The translations under genes were made by a program, and so were the position numbers. From Lama glama (taxonomy: Eukaryota), in the NCBI GenBank assembly GCA_028534125.1, contig CM052817.1:50222001-50286000 (forward strand): a stretch of DNA of 64,000 nucleotides, given 5' to 3'. Position 1 is the first letter of the stretch. Each line of letters opens with the position of its first letter. Shown one piece after another: positions 25,301 through 37,799 of the stretch. The notes below the pieces were generated by a model. The model was not told the origin of the DNA and searched no databases. It saw only the letters and a list, made by a program, of their open reading frames with translations.

Positions 25301-27204
25301 TGCTAATATGGTATTTTTCCAACTCTTTTTACCTTGAACTTCTCACTCTAGACAAATCAGTCAGGATGGCTTTATGAATAAGCAGGGTAGATGATTACTT
25401 ATACTCAAAAAACTAACTCTACTTCCCCTCAGTTCGTCACTATAATTTCAGGCTTTGGGGTCATGATGTTTTAGTCTTCGAGAACTCAATTTATGTTTAA
25501 AATGCTATTACTTGTGAGAAGGGTCATTCATTCAGCCATTATCAGCTAACATCTTTATTACTAATCAACTACGGAGCATTAATTATGATTTGACTGCCCG
25601 AGGAGTAAAAATATTCACCCAGATAAGACCTGGAGATTGAAGAGAATTCTTGGGGAAAGACGCCAAGAGGAAGGAAATGTAAATTGATAGGGAGTTGTAC
25701 GCTGGAAATTTATCTACTTCATGATTTGGTTGAGTATCCTCTCTCAGTCCCAGTAGAGAATTTTATAGCTAGAATTTGGACCTTAAAGATCAAGCATTTC
25801 AATACTTTCATTTTGCATATTACAAAGCCTAGCTCCAAGATCACACAGCAGGATGGAGGTAGAAGAAGGATCACAAATCACAGACAGACCAGATCCCTCC
25901 CCATCATAAGACCACCATGCCAGTTTGTTGTCAGGTCATTACCTTTGAGTCTTCATGTGCTCTCCTTCCTTCCCTGTTTTGGAGTTTGAGCCATATACTT
26001 GTTTTTCCTCACTTCCTTTGGGGTTTCTTTGATATAAGAAGCACCGTTCTTTAGTTCTCAACCTCTTCCACCTCTTTGTGGGTCCCCCAAATCAAGGTCA
26101 CTAATACATAAGTTTTACCCCAAGAGCTATGCCAAAGAGAATCAATTACTTCCACACTTACAGATCTAGAAAAAAGGAGGTAAAACTAAATTGCATGATC
26201 TTGCTTAAAACAATTCCCATTGTCAATGTTAGGGAACCTGTCAGCAATAAGAAAATGCACAAGCAGCAATTTCAAAAATGTTCAGAGGCAATTAACTCAC
26301 AATCAGCCATCTCAAATTCACTGTCTTTCAAGAAGAACTCAAAATCTTCTTTGTTCTCATTTTCTGGCAAGGTTATCATTTTCTGGCAACAATGAATAGT
26401 TGGTGCTAAATATACAAAGAATCAGCTTTTGCTTTAGAAACTATATATGGAAGCCTATGAAATCTTTAACCAAGCAGTTTTAACCATCCGTGACCAAAAG
26501 AATCCTCTGAGCACTCTAAATTCCCACACACAATTCTATTAATTTCTAAGCTCAATGTGTTGTCCAAATTCTACCAAACAAATAATAGAATTGACTCCCA
26601 TAACCAATCACCATTCATCTAATCAAGTTACTAAATCCTTTTTCATCTACTGTGGATACCAAGCAAGACTGAAATGAATAGATTAAGTATCCTTTGAGGT
26701 TAGGCGGAACTTGAAACTCTTGATGGCAATTTGCATATGAGGTAGTCAATAGGTCATTTGTGTGTGGGAAGTTGTGCCAGACGGGTATTGACCTTTGCAT
26801 TTACATCTGGTCCTCAACTTTGAATCCAGCTCACAGTCAGTCTGACCAAATTGACATTGGAGTCTAGCCTCTCATTGCTATTTTATGTAGGTGGTTGGCC
26901 TGGGTAGAGGAGGGAAGGGGAAAGTCTGGATGTGAACTATAGGGGTTTAAAATATGCTTGCAACTTAATCTAATCTCATTCTTCTTTTTTTCAAATCTCA
27001 TTCTTGAAGACGTATCTGAGCTCAGATAACAGAGAAGAAAGGCTTCTTTGTCCCTAGAGAAAAATTGTTTGTTTACTAATAAGGGTGCAAAGAAGTGAAT
27101 GTTTCTTCACATGCTGGAATATTTTAATAAGTGGTTTTAGTTGTGGCCTCCAGTGTTTCTGTCCACAGTGGCTTCCTATTCCTCAGAAGAGTATTTATAT
27201 ATTA

Positions 27205-27906
27205 TGTGGTAGGCAGCTTGTGACATAACTCTCAATGAACACTCCGCTACCTTTTCTCCCTGGTGTTTATGTCCTCATGAAGTCCCTCCCCTTGAGCGTG
27301 GATGGACCTCGCTTGTTAAACAGAATATGGCAAAAGTAATGGCTGTCAACTTCTGTGGTTAGACTACAGCAGACTGTGACTTTCATCTTGCTAGCACCCT
27401 CTCCTCCCCTCTAACTTGCTTCCTCTCAAGGTGAGTGAGAAGGTTCTCAGTTGAGCCTTAAGATGCAGCCTTGTGAGGTATCCAGAGCCAAGAACCCAGC
27501 TAACCATCACTCAGATTCTTTCTTTAAATTGAAGTATAGTCAGATTATAAAGTGTCAATTTCTGGTATAAAGCATAATGTTTCAGTCAAACATGTACATA
27601 TATATATTCCTTTTCATATTCTTTTTCGTTTTTATCATAGTTTACTACAAGATATTGAACAAAGTTCCCTGTACTACACAGTATGAACTTGTTATTTATC
27701 TAGTTTATATATAGTAGTTAGTGTCTGCAAATCTCGAACTCCCAATTTATTCCTTCCCACTCCCTTTCCCCACTGGTAACCATAAGTTTGTTTTCTGTCT
27801 GCATCACTCAGATTCTTGAACCACAGAATCAGTGAGATAATAAATGCTGTTTTGGGTCACTAAGTTTTGGGGCTAATTTATTATGTAGTAATAGATAACT
27901 AATGCA
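27205..27906 (+). mobile_element. MaLR solo LTR (MLT1F/G/H-like) interrupted by an L1 fragment
   Basis: TGTGGTAGGCAG start; ctccccttgagcgtggatggacc; ...gtgagataataaatg...taagttttgggg...tagataactaatgCA end. Confidence 0.85.
27521..27801 (-). mobile_element. 5'-truncated young L1 3' end with perfect 16-bp TSD
   Basis: TSD CATCACTCAGATTCTT at 27505-27520 and 27802-27817. The body attgaagtatagtcag...ggtaaccataagtttgttttct matches the L1 3' UTR at 62.4-62.6 kb. Confidence 0.95.
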
Positions 27907-27987
27907 TAGTGTAATTAGGACACTACTATAGTCTTAGACTTATGAAAAGTGTGGAAAACACAGTCTGTATGAAAAAGCACTTTTATT

Positions 27988-28900
27988 CTTTCATTCAGCA
28001 AATATTTATTGAGTACCCATTATGTGCCAGGTAGTTTCAGATGCTGGCATGCAGCAGTGGACACACAGGTACAAATCCCTGCAGAGTGGGAATGATCTAT
28101 TTCATCCCAAAGGAAGACTTGTGGTTACTAGTGTTGTCCTAGATAAATTCCATTTTCCTTTATTAACTCACCAAAACTGTATTGGATTCCATTTTTAGGA
28201 AGTCAACAATAAACTCACTGTATCATGTAAAAAACAAGAATTAGCATGCAAATTATAATAAGACAAATATCATTATAAGCAAAAGGTCCTTAATCTGTTA
28301 TTGCACTCTGCTAGGTGTTCCTGACTTTAGTGACTAAGTTAGATGCCATTTCTGAAAGATGAAATAAAGGGGGAGGAGCAGATTTAGTTTTAAAGAGGAT
28401 GAGATTGCTTTTTGATTTGTCTAAGTTTGGGGAATATCCAGGTGGAAAGAACTCAAGAGTGAGCTTGGGATTGGAGATAAACATTTGGAAGTCCTCAGCA
28501 CAGAAATGGCAGTTGAAACCATAGTATGGAGGGGCTTGTCCAGGGAAATGTATAGAGTGTGAGGGAGCACAAATATTTAAGGAGGGGGCATTCATGACTG
28601 AGAAGAAGAGTTGAGTAGGTAGGAAGATGAACAGGAAGGAATGTCTTTAAATATTCCAGTGGAGAAGAAGATTTCATAGATGAAGAAGTACCATGTTCAA
28701 TCATGTGACTTCAAAGAGCTAAGGGCTGAAAGGTGTTCCTTTCATATAGGAAGAAGAAGAGATTGATGCCAATAATTAAGAATAGCTTCAGTGGGGATGG
28801 TGAGGGCAGAGGTAGGAATGAGTGGGTTGAAACATAGACATTCATGATAAAGGAGTCTATAAGATGAAGCTCAGAAAAGGTGGATGTAATAATTACAGGT
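27988..28900 (-). mobile_element. L2 fragments
   Basis: 3' tail ttcattcagcaaatatttattgag. The minus ORF 28311-28595 (YYGFNCHFCAEDFQMFISNPKL) is a decayed HGFxYHLYADDSQIYIS motif. Confidence 0.85.
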
Positions 28901-29469
28901 CACTATATTAGATAGCAATGGAAGTCTTTTCTATTTTCTGTTTGGATGGAAAACATGGGTGGTTTTCAGCTGCAGAATAAATAGAATATGAAAAAATTTT
29001 ATGATTTCATGTACTAAATTTCATATCTTTTTGAAGTTTTATCTTGTTTCTGACAAAATACAATGTTTGATTGGTGCTTATACTGAAACATTACACTGAG
29101 ACTTAGGAACGTTATTCTGACCTATGAAGGTTGCATGGGCTCTCTCTCCTCTATCTCTCTGAGTCTGTGCTTAGCACAGAGTGATGAGAAGAAGGGGAGG
29201 TCAGCATTGTTGTCTACTCTTGGCTGTGAAAAAACTGTGATTCATAAGGATACAGCTAAAGGAGACATAGGGAATTTTTCTTTTCTTTTTCTTTTTTTGC
29301 TAGGGATGTGAGTATGTATTCAGGATGAAGGATAGACATTAAAAAAAGTAAAAGTTTGAGAGTTTTGGAAAAAGAGGGAAATTTGATAGAACATGATTTC
29401 AAAAGAGACAGATTAGGATGAGATCTAAAGAGCATACAGAAAAAGAGATTCTTCTAAGACTGAAGTAGA

Positions 29470-29630
29470 GGGGACTAAGAATGCCGCCTGCCTTATCAGT
29501 AAACAAAGGACATTGCACCATCAGGCCATCAGCCAATACTGCTGCCCCCAGCAGTGCACCCAGAGGGAACACAGGATGGAGACAAACAGGATATCTGCTG
29601 TCAAGTTCTCAATTTCTGCAGCCCTCTCCA
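29470..29630 (+). mobile_element. ERV LTR 5' fragment (artiodactyl ERV1-like)
   Basis: taagaatgccgcctgccttatcagtaaacaaagga...gtgcacccagagggaacacaggatggag resembles artiodactyl LTRs as recalled; family uncertain. Confidence 0.55.
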
Positions 29631-29639
29631 GGAACTATA

Positions 29640-30540
29640 ACTAAGGATTTAACATTTGTGTCATTGAAGTTTTAGAAGGAGAAGACAATGATATGGGGCT
29701 GAAAAGTTATTTGAAGAAATTATGGCTGAAAAATTCCCACATTTGGCAATAAACCTACAGATTCAAGAAGCTGAGTAAACCCCAGACAAGGTAGATCCAA
29801 AGAAATACAGATCCAGATACATTATAAACAAATTCCTGAAAACTAAAGACAAAAAATCTTGAAAGCAGTGAGAGAGAAATGATGGTCTCTTTACCTCTAA
29901 GGGAAAAATAATTTGAATAACAGTGGATTTCTCATCAGAAACCATGGAGGCCAGAAGGAAGTAGCAAACATAATTCAAGTGCTGAGAACAAAGATCTATC
30001 AGCCTGGATTCTATGTCCTTCAGGAATGAAGGGGGAAATCAAGATATTCTCAGATGAAGGAAAATTAAAAGAATTTGTCACTGGCAGACCCACCCTAGAA
30101 GAATGGCTGAAGGAAGTTTGAAATAATGTTTGAATAAAGGAGTTTTGAAAAAGAAAAGAAGTGATAAGAGAAAAGGAATATTAGAACATCAGGGAGGAAA
30201 AAAGAAAATGGAAAAATAAAAAAAAATGGGTAAATACAGTTGATTTGCTCTTCTTGAGTTTTCTAAATTATGTTTGACAATTGAAGCAAAAATCATAACA
30301 TTGCCTGATGAGGTTCTGAAAGTATGTAGAGGGAACACATGCGACAATTAGGTTGTAAGTGGGGCGGGGGAAAGAATTTAAAGGGAGGTAAAGCGGACAC
30401 TGGCAAAATGTCAACCCCTGGAGGTAGTGATGAGCTTTGTGTGTACAATGTACTAGAATCACTCAGAAACACTTTAGATAAATCAAAATATGGGATTCCA
30501 GAAAAGATAAAAGTCATCTCCAGGAAAGCAGGGAAAAGTG
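29640..30540 (+). mobile_element. Old L1 ORF1 3' half and inter-ORF fragment
   Basis: tttgaagaaattatggctgaaaaattccca...agattcaagaagc...gatttctcatcagaaaccatggaggccagaagg (FEEIMAE...QIQEA...DFSSETMEARR). Confidence 0.85.
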
Positions 30541-30812
30541 AGGCCCAAAGTCCTTTCTAGGGGGCCAATCTACTAGAAAAGGAGCACTTGCTCTGGATGC
30601 CTAGGGGAGAATGTCTTGTGCTGTAAACCCAGTGGCACTCACTGTGATTCTGTTTCTGCACTTGACATCAGTCTTTCATCTCAAGATTGCCTTCATTGTT
30701 TAAAAATTTTTTTCAGTTAAAGACAAAAAAACTTGCTAAACTTGGGCCAATTTTAGGGGAGTTTTTAGCTTGAGCTTACCCCCAAGATATTCTTTAATAA
30801 TAAACCTTGGTG

Positions 30813-31443
30813 GTTGGGTTGCCAGATAAATTCAGGAAGTCCAGTTATAACTGAATTTTAGATAAATAAAAAACAAATTTAAGTATAAAGTATATACCAA
30901 AGAACAATACCATATATCACTTATGTGTGGAAACCTAAAAAAAAAAAAAAAGGCCACAAATGAATTTATTTACAAAGCAGAGACAGACTTACAGACATAG
31001 AAAACAAACATAGTTACCAGGGGTAAAGGGGGTAGGGAGGGATAAATTTGAAATTTATCCCTCTTATATATATTAACTACTATATATAAAATAGATAAAC
31101 AGCAGGGTCCTAATGTATAGCACAGGGAACTATATTCAATGTCTTGTAATAGCCTATAATGAAAAAGAATATGAAAAAGAATATATGTATATATACACAT
31201 ATAACTATAGCACTATGCTGTACACCAGAAATGAACACATTGTAAGTTGACTATACTTCAATAAAAATTTTTTTAAAAATAATCAAAAAAAGTATATGCC
31301 AAATACTGCATGGGATATACTTACTTAAACACAATATAATAATATTTTATAAATTTTCTAAATAAAAATATTTCTTGTTTAATCCAAAATTTAAATTTAA
31401 CTGGTAGTCCCATAGTTTTATTTGCTGAATCTGGCAACCCAAC
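30813..31443 (-). mobile_element. MER53-like MITE split by a young L1 insertion
   Basis: Terminal inverted repeats gttgggttgccagat / atctggcaacccaac. The halves at ~30813-30900 and ~31290-31443 match the 11519 copy in reverse. Confidence 0.85.
30902..31288 (+). mobile_element. 5'-truncated young L1 3' end with 15-bp TSD
   Basis: TSD AAAGTATATACCAAA (30887-30901) / AAAGTATATGCCAAA (31289-31303). Body ...tgtatagcacagggaactatattcaat...gactatacttcaataaaaa. Confidence 0.93.
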
Positions 31444-31503
31444 TGGGAGTAAAAAAAAGGGCAGCCCTTAAACATGAGCATCTATGTTTTCTCTTTCTTT
31501 GTT

Positions 31504-31530
31504 ACACACACACACACACACACACACACA
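31504..31530. repeat. (AC)13 microsatellite
   Basis: Direct read. Confidence 0.97.
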
Positions 31531-34289
31531 AGATTTTAGAAACAACGTTTGGTGGAGCCGAGCTTTTCTGCTAAATCTGATTGCCCTTTCAAATCACCCT
31601 TTTTTCCGTTCTGCAACGAGCGGGCATCATATCCTGCCTAAGGGATGGATCTGGTGCTGCTTTAGGTGATACAACTTTGGAAGAAAAGTGCCAAAGAATA
31701 GTATGTGGAAAAGTATATTTAAAGTGAATAAAAGATGGGTTTCCCCAGCACCAATTAAACTCACAGTGACCGAGAAAATGCACTCAGTTAGATTCAGGTA
31801 TGTCTTATTTTGTTACATTGAATCTAATTATGACCAAACCTAATATGGTGAAAATAAAAAATTTATTTTTAAAATTATTAGAACAAAAAGAGAGCATGCT
31901 CTTGAACAAACAGGTATTGGTATATTTCTCAGGCTTATGAAAATGATTAACACGTCAAACAGCCTGGACACTTTAAGTCTCCTTCTTGTTTATTTTAATG
32001 TTTAGTCTGTATCTTAGAGCTGTTATGGAATGATAAAATGAACCTGACCCTCAAGTAGCGTTTAGTACTCATAGAGAGTGATGTGTCTAAAACAAGCCAA
32101 TCTATGTAACCAATCTACGTGACACAAACCAATCTTGTGTCAGAACATCGCTGGTTTAGATTTATGATGGCAGTCCTTATTTTAAAATTTTATATAGTTC
32201 TTTGCTATACATCTGTATCCATACCCACAATAAAATAATGATTTAATGTTTACAAAATATTTCCAATTACACGTTCTTCTTGTCAGCTGGAGAGTGAAGA
32301 ACATTGTACGCTAAGTTGAACCATTCAGCTCGTTAGTACAATTGCCTGGAAATTTAGATAAACCTTTTTGATATTAGAATTGTTTCTTTAAATATTAAGT
32401 ATATTTTAATTACTGTGCTAATGCAAATAAACCTTGCTTAATTATAGTCCACTTCGCCTCTACTAAGACTTCTTTCCTCCTCTATAAATTTACCAAGTAT
32501 CTTTAAGAAATTCCCATCAACTTTTAAATCTGGGGTATTCTTATCTATGAAATAATGATTAAAAAATGAAAAGAAAGAATCAATGATAAATTACTGGGAT
32601 GAATTTATTTTTAAAAACTTGACTTTGGTTATCTTACCCATCCTGAACAAACCTGAATTCATTTCTCTGGGCTGAACAAAATAAACACATCTAGAATAGA
32701 AGGCAGACAATTCTTAAGACTCAAATAGAATTTATGAAAGGTTTCCGTAGTTTCTTTTTGTAGATGGATGTGACTGCTTAAGCAGTGGGGAGTAGTGGTA
32801 AACAGGAAGCAAACCTCTGCTCAAAATGGAGTTTTAAAAATAAAATAAATACCATAGGGTGTCTGCTATCACAGTTGGGAGTGAGGAAGAATGACACGTA
32901 GGAGTAGTGTGTACAGCGGCCATCTGTACTCACAGACGTATCACTCACCTTCTACAACCAGCGCACATCTAATACTTAAATACTAAGTAAGATTTACATT
33001 CTAGGTGTGTTCTTTAGAACTAAGTGGGTAGTTGTGCAACACCACAGGTTAAGGGAGAAAGCCGTCTCTATGGAGAGTGTGTCAAGGTTGCTGTCTTGGT
33101 CTGTCAGGGACCCCTCACAGGTGGACTGATAGCCCTGCTGTGGCAGTGTGGCAAAATGAGGACAGTGAGTGGAGAAATTAGTGAATTAGTCTATCTGTTG
33201 AAAAGACAGCTTTTTATTTTATGTTTGTGTGAATGGGAATGGATTCCCTGCTGAGACACCCCCAACTCATGCCAATGGACACAGACTCAGTGACTAGGTA
33301 ACAGAGGGCCTTTATGCAGACTAGGCACTTAATTTTTATTACACATAGTTGTCTTTTCTTTTCTTTTCTTTATTGTTTTTAACGTTTTCCATCTCCTTCT
33401 CTTTCCCCCTCTTCTCTCTTCCTCTTTGAAGGTGGGGGTGAGAAATGCAATGGGACACTAGTTGTTGAGGTAAAATAGACAGAAGGGCAATTATAAACTT
33501 TTTTTCCCCTCCATTTTATTTGACAGAAAAGAATAAAAGGTGGTAAAGGAAGGTACTAATTATTGACCCTCAGTATTAACTTTGTTCTCTTGGGGAAGCA
33601 CATAATTAGGTTGTTCTTTAAAATGCATATTATGTAGTTGGCAGCCGAGTCTGGTTCCGATAGGATAACTCCTGAGGCAGGCAGCTTTTAAAATGCATAT
33701 CATGTACCAAAGGAACTTTTCTGGTCTATTGGGTAAATATGTATTAAAGTAATTTTTAAAATACTTATGTACTCAATAGGCTGGAAGTGGTCAATGGTTT
33801 AATGAATAGTCATGCATTTTTAAACGTGTATTATTATTTATTCACTGACCCCAGTGAGAAAGCCTTTTAAAAATGGCATATTCCTGATGACTGTGTAATT
33901 TTGCAGTAAAGTCTTAAAAGTATTTCAGGAGAACAGGAGCCAATTTTAAAATTACATTATCTCAACGTCCCTTCACCTCATTTTTCCTGCCTGCTCTTCC
34001 TCTTGTGGGATATATTCTAACAGACTCATTTATGGCCTCCCTGCTAGCGTGATTTCATTTTCATAGATTAAAGCTGATTTACATTTGAATTGTAGTTTTA
34101 GTGTAAAATTTATCCTATGTTGATTCATGGTGTCTGGCACACAGTAGGCACTCAGTCAATATCTATTGAACAAGTTGTTTTCTATTTTGTGTCTTTCTTG
34201 CAAGCACACATTAGCCTTGTGTCTACTATACGTTAAGTGCAGTGCTGGGTATCAGTTCGTCTAGCACAAAGGTAGGTCATCTGTAGGTC

Positions 34290-34495
34290 ATAAATAGATT
34301 CAAGCTCCACTTCCAGCATCATCATTTACCAGCTGCCTCTACTTGGGAAAAACAGCACGCTCAGGATCAGTTTTCTCATTGCAAAAAAGGAACAGTAGCC
34401 CCAATCTAGTGGATTTCTTATAGGAATCAGCTGAAATGTTATATGCACAATGCCTAGCACAGTACCAGATACCCAGTGAGCTCTCAGTCAATGCT
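34290..34495 (+). mobile_element. MIR
   Basis: gattcaagctccacttcc...tcagttttctcattgcaaaaaagg...aatgcctagcacagt. Confidence 0.65.
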
Positions 34496-37400
34496 TTTTC
34501 TCTCTCACTCTGAGTTTCCATCCAGATACATGAGAAACATTCATTTCTAAACAGTGGAGGCTTCCAAACTCCACAGTGCCTTACTTGAGATATCAAGAGG
34601 AAAATTTTAATAACCCAGTGAATAGGTACCATCCTTGGGTGGGGTGTCAGGAACAGGAACATCAAAAAATTCCCCAAGTCCCATTCACAGACAGGGCACC
34701 TCCTCTATGGCCACCAACCTCTCTGCATCAACACTTGTCCAAGGATCCTAGAGTCCGGTGTGTTAATGTTACCTTCTTCCCACTTGGTGGCTCCACTCTG
34801 TTTAAGTATTTTTCCTTCCTGCGCTCAAAGCCCTGTGGGAGTACCAGAAGTCAGACTGCAGTCCCTTCAGCATTTTAGAAAACTCCACAAACAAACAACC
34901 TTTCAAAGAGTCAGATTTTCTAAGACCAAACAGGGGGAATGACAGCTACTGCAGCACAACACAGCAAAAAGGATCTGGAGAATAAGCATTATTAACATGC
35001 TCAATGAGCTGCCTCAAATCCTATTTGGAGGGAGGCAGGGTATAAATAAGTAAGCATGCTTCCTGGCTCTTTACAATTTGAGGTTTAGTGAAAAGGCATT
35101 AAAATCGCTGGTACATAATTGGATTTGTTTTACTCTCTGGTGCAGATATCTAACTTTTTCTGTGTATGTCATGTTCACGAAGCAGGAGTAGTCTTACCCT
35201 GACGGAAGTGCTGTCAATGATGTGAACCTTGGGATTACCAGAAGGATAGACAAAGAGGACCAGGAGATGCCAACTCTATTGCTCGCTCTTATGCTCACTG
35301 TGCGCCTGTGTTTTCACTAGCATCTGGGTAAATGGACGGGCTAGTAGTTCAAGTGCTCAACGCTATCGTCTTGGAACAGAAAGCTTTGACTTGTTAAGTG
35401 GGCTAATTTAAAATAGAAATCTTATGTGACTTACTCTTACCTACTGGAAGATTATTACTATATATTTAATCTGGTGTACTGTTCTAAAATATGTTGCATC
35501 TGGTTACCTATGATTGTTTTTAATAAGAAATTATTATTTTGTAAGCCACCAGCAGCAGTAAGCAATTTTCCCTTCCCAGTAAAAACAGAGAGAGAGAATT
35601 AGAAATTTTTCCAAATGACTATATGAAGGAAAAAAAATCAGAAATATCTGGGAAAAGATGATATTGCTTTGGGAGGACCCTTTTAGAGACAAACTTAGAT
35701 TCCATCAAAACTCTGGGGCACAGATATGTCTTGGGACAAAGAGAACAACCAAAACAGATTTGGGGAAAGGAGAATCCAAAAGCCTGATGAGAAACTTTGT
35801 TTTGAGGTCAGCTGCTGTTGGATTTGAAGGGAAAGAGTGATTATACGTTTAGAAGGAAGCCTCAAGTTCAAGTTCTGGTTCTCCAATCAAGGGAGCACAT
35901 TTTAATTGGTGGAAATATAGTCCCATTTGGAGACAGGCAGGAGGACACAGGCTGCCCTGTTTGTTAATAGAAAGCTTATCCCTTTCAGGGAAGCTGAGAG
36001 AACAGAGATCAGGTGGATTAGGTGAAGAATGCATCAGTGCAACCATAGACACTGATACAACGGAAACTTTTCTCAGTGTCACTTCTGAGCCTCTTGCTTT
36101 AGGGTAAGAAAGGGACTTTCACAAGGTGCTCATTGAAAGGTGTGAGTTGAGGTGGTGAGAGGGCTTTAACGTGCATGGCATAAAGGTGTTTAAAAATGAA
36201 GGCATGTAAAAGGGACTGAAGAGAAGGTACAGAAAGCATTATTTTACAAGTAAGGCAGGTGCATGCCAGAGGCAAAGATATTGTACAATAAGTAGGGATG
36301 ACCTTGGTGCACTCAAAATCTATAATCTCAGATAAGAAAGGTGGTTCTGGAATCAAGACTGAGAGGTATCAGATGGCCCTAGGAGACCAAGATTCTTAAG
36401 ATAAAAATGTGGAGTCGTGTCTGCTAGTGGAATCTTGATAGGTGCGCGTCAGCCCAACTTGCAGAGCCCTTAGGGAAAAGCAAGACCTCGATGCACGATT
36501 GGTTGGGAATGAATCACACCTTGAACACCCTCCTTAGACATCTCTGTAACTGGTTTCTTTCCTGACCTTTCTCTTTGTTTAGAGCCCTGTGTTCACTCAG
36601 CAGTGTTTGCTCTCCTTACTTTCTGCCTGGCTGTGGAGGGATCTGGTTACAATCTTAGATTTAACTTACTTCTTTCCTTCCAACTCATGTGGTATTACCA
36701 AAACCAAAATTAACCATTTCTACACTTGTCAGTTAATTAAGAAGAAGTTTATTACTTTTTTAGCCAAAGGAAAAAAAAATGTACCAAAGGAATACTGTCT
36801 TCACGTAAGTTCAGTGGATTGCTGGGGGGGTCTGAATTGTCCTTCACCTCTCACTGCTGCAGGCCTAAGAGCACGGGGATGCTTCAAGATGGGAACATAA
36901 GAGGCCTGGCCTGTTGGGCAAGAGACTTTCAGATCCCTTGTCCCTGGTCCAGCCCCTCCAACCAGCCTTGATTTGATAGCATTTATACTTTCTTAGGACT
37001 GGATGACTGACACCCAAGTAGCCACTGGCCCACTTCTTGTTTGGTGAGTCTAAGAAGGTAAAGCAAAATCTTCTCTCATCACTAGAAGGCAAGTGGCGTG
37101 GGTGGGGAAGTCAGCTATTAGGTGAACTCTGGGACTGATGTCAGTTTCTGCCTCCTCCTATGGCACCCTCTTGGTGGAACTGAGAAGACCTGGACTAGCC
37201 AAAGCCAAAGAAAGACAGAGGCCATCATCTTTCTTCTTTGTCTTTGCCTCTATTCCTTCTTTATAATCACTTAGGGCTGTGCCACCATGATAGGAAAGAG
37301 CAGGGTGGGCCCGGTCGCCCATGGATTAGAAGAGGCTGTGGGTGCCTCAGTGAATGGATTTAGTGAGGCTAAAGTTCATAAAGCATGAGAGTAAGTGAGT

Positions 37401-37679
37401 GGTAAATGGCAGAGACCTCAGAGACAGGATTAGATTAAATTTGAAAAGAATGAATAGAAGAGAAATAAGGGAAAGGCAAGAAAAAGTCACTTTTCTTTTT
37501 TTTTAAGACATGAGACCCTTTGCATATTTGAGGATAGGGTATGGATAAACGTATTAGTGTGAAAGGGGCAAAGTAACTCCTGACTCTGCCAATGACTAGT
37601 TCTATGACAATAAGAAAGATATCTACTCTTATATAATTTTATTTTTAATTTTTATATTAAAATTGGTTGCTGATTTAGG

Positions 37680-37795
37680 TCAAAGGTTTGCAACCAGGGA
37701 TAATCATCAGAATTACCTGGGAACCCTTTTTAAAATTCTCTGATGTTTGAGGTTGGATTATGTCTATATTTATAAAGCTTCCTGGATGATTAGAT
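37680..37795. mobile_element. MER5-like hAT fragment
   Basis: catcagaattacctggg...tttataaagcttcctggatgatt. Confidence 0.6.
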
Positions 37796-37799
37796 ACGT

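Noticed and set aside
33617..33706. CRISPR-like repeat-spacer-repeat
   Set aside because: Only two repeats, mammalian context, no cas genes; better explained as a TSD or duplication.
34778..34795. CTCF-like motif CCACTTGGTGGCTC
   Set aside because: Mismatch at the highly conserved A of the core; cannot score without a PWM.
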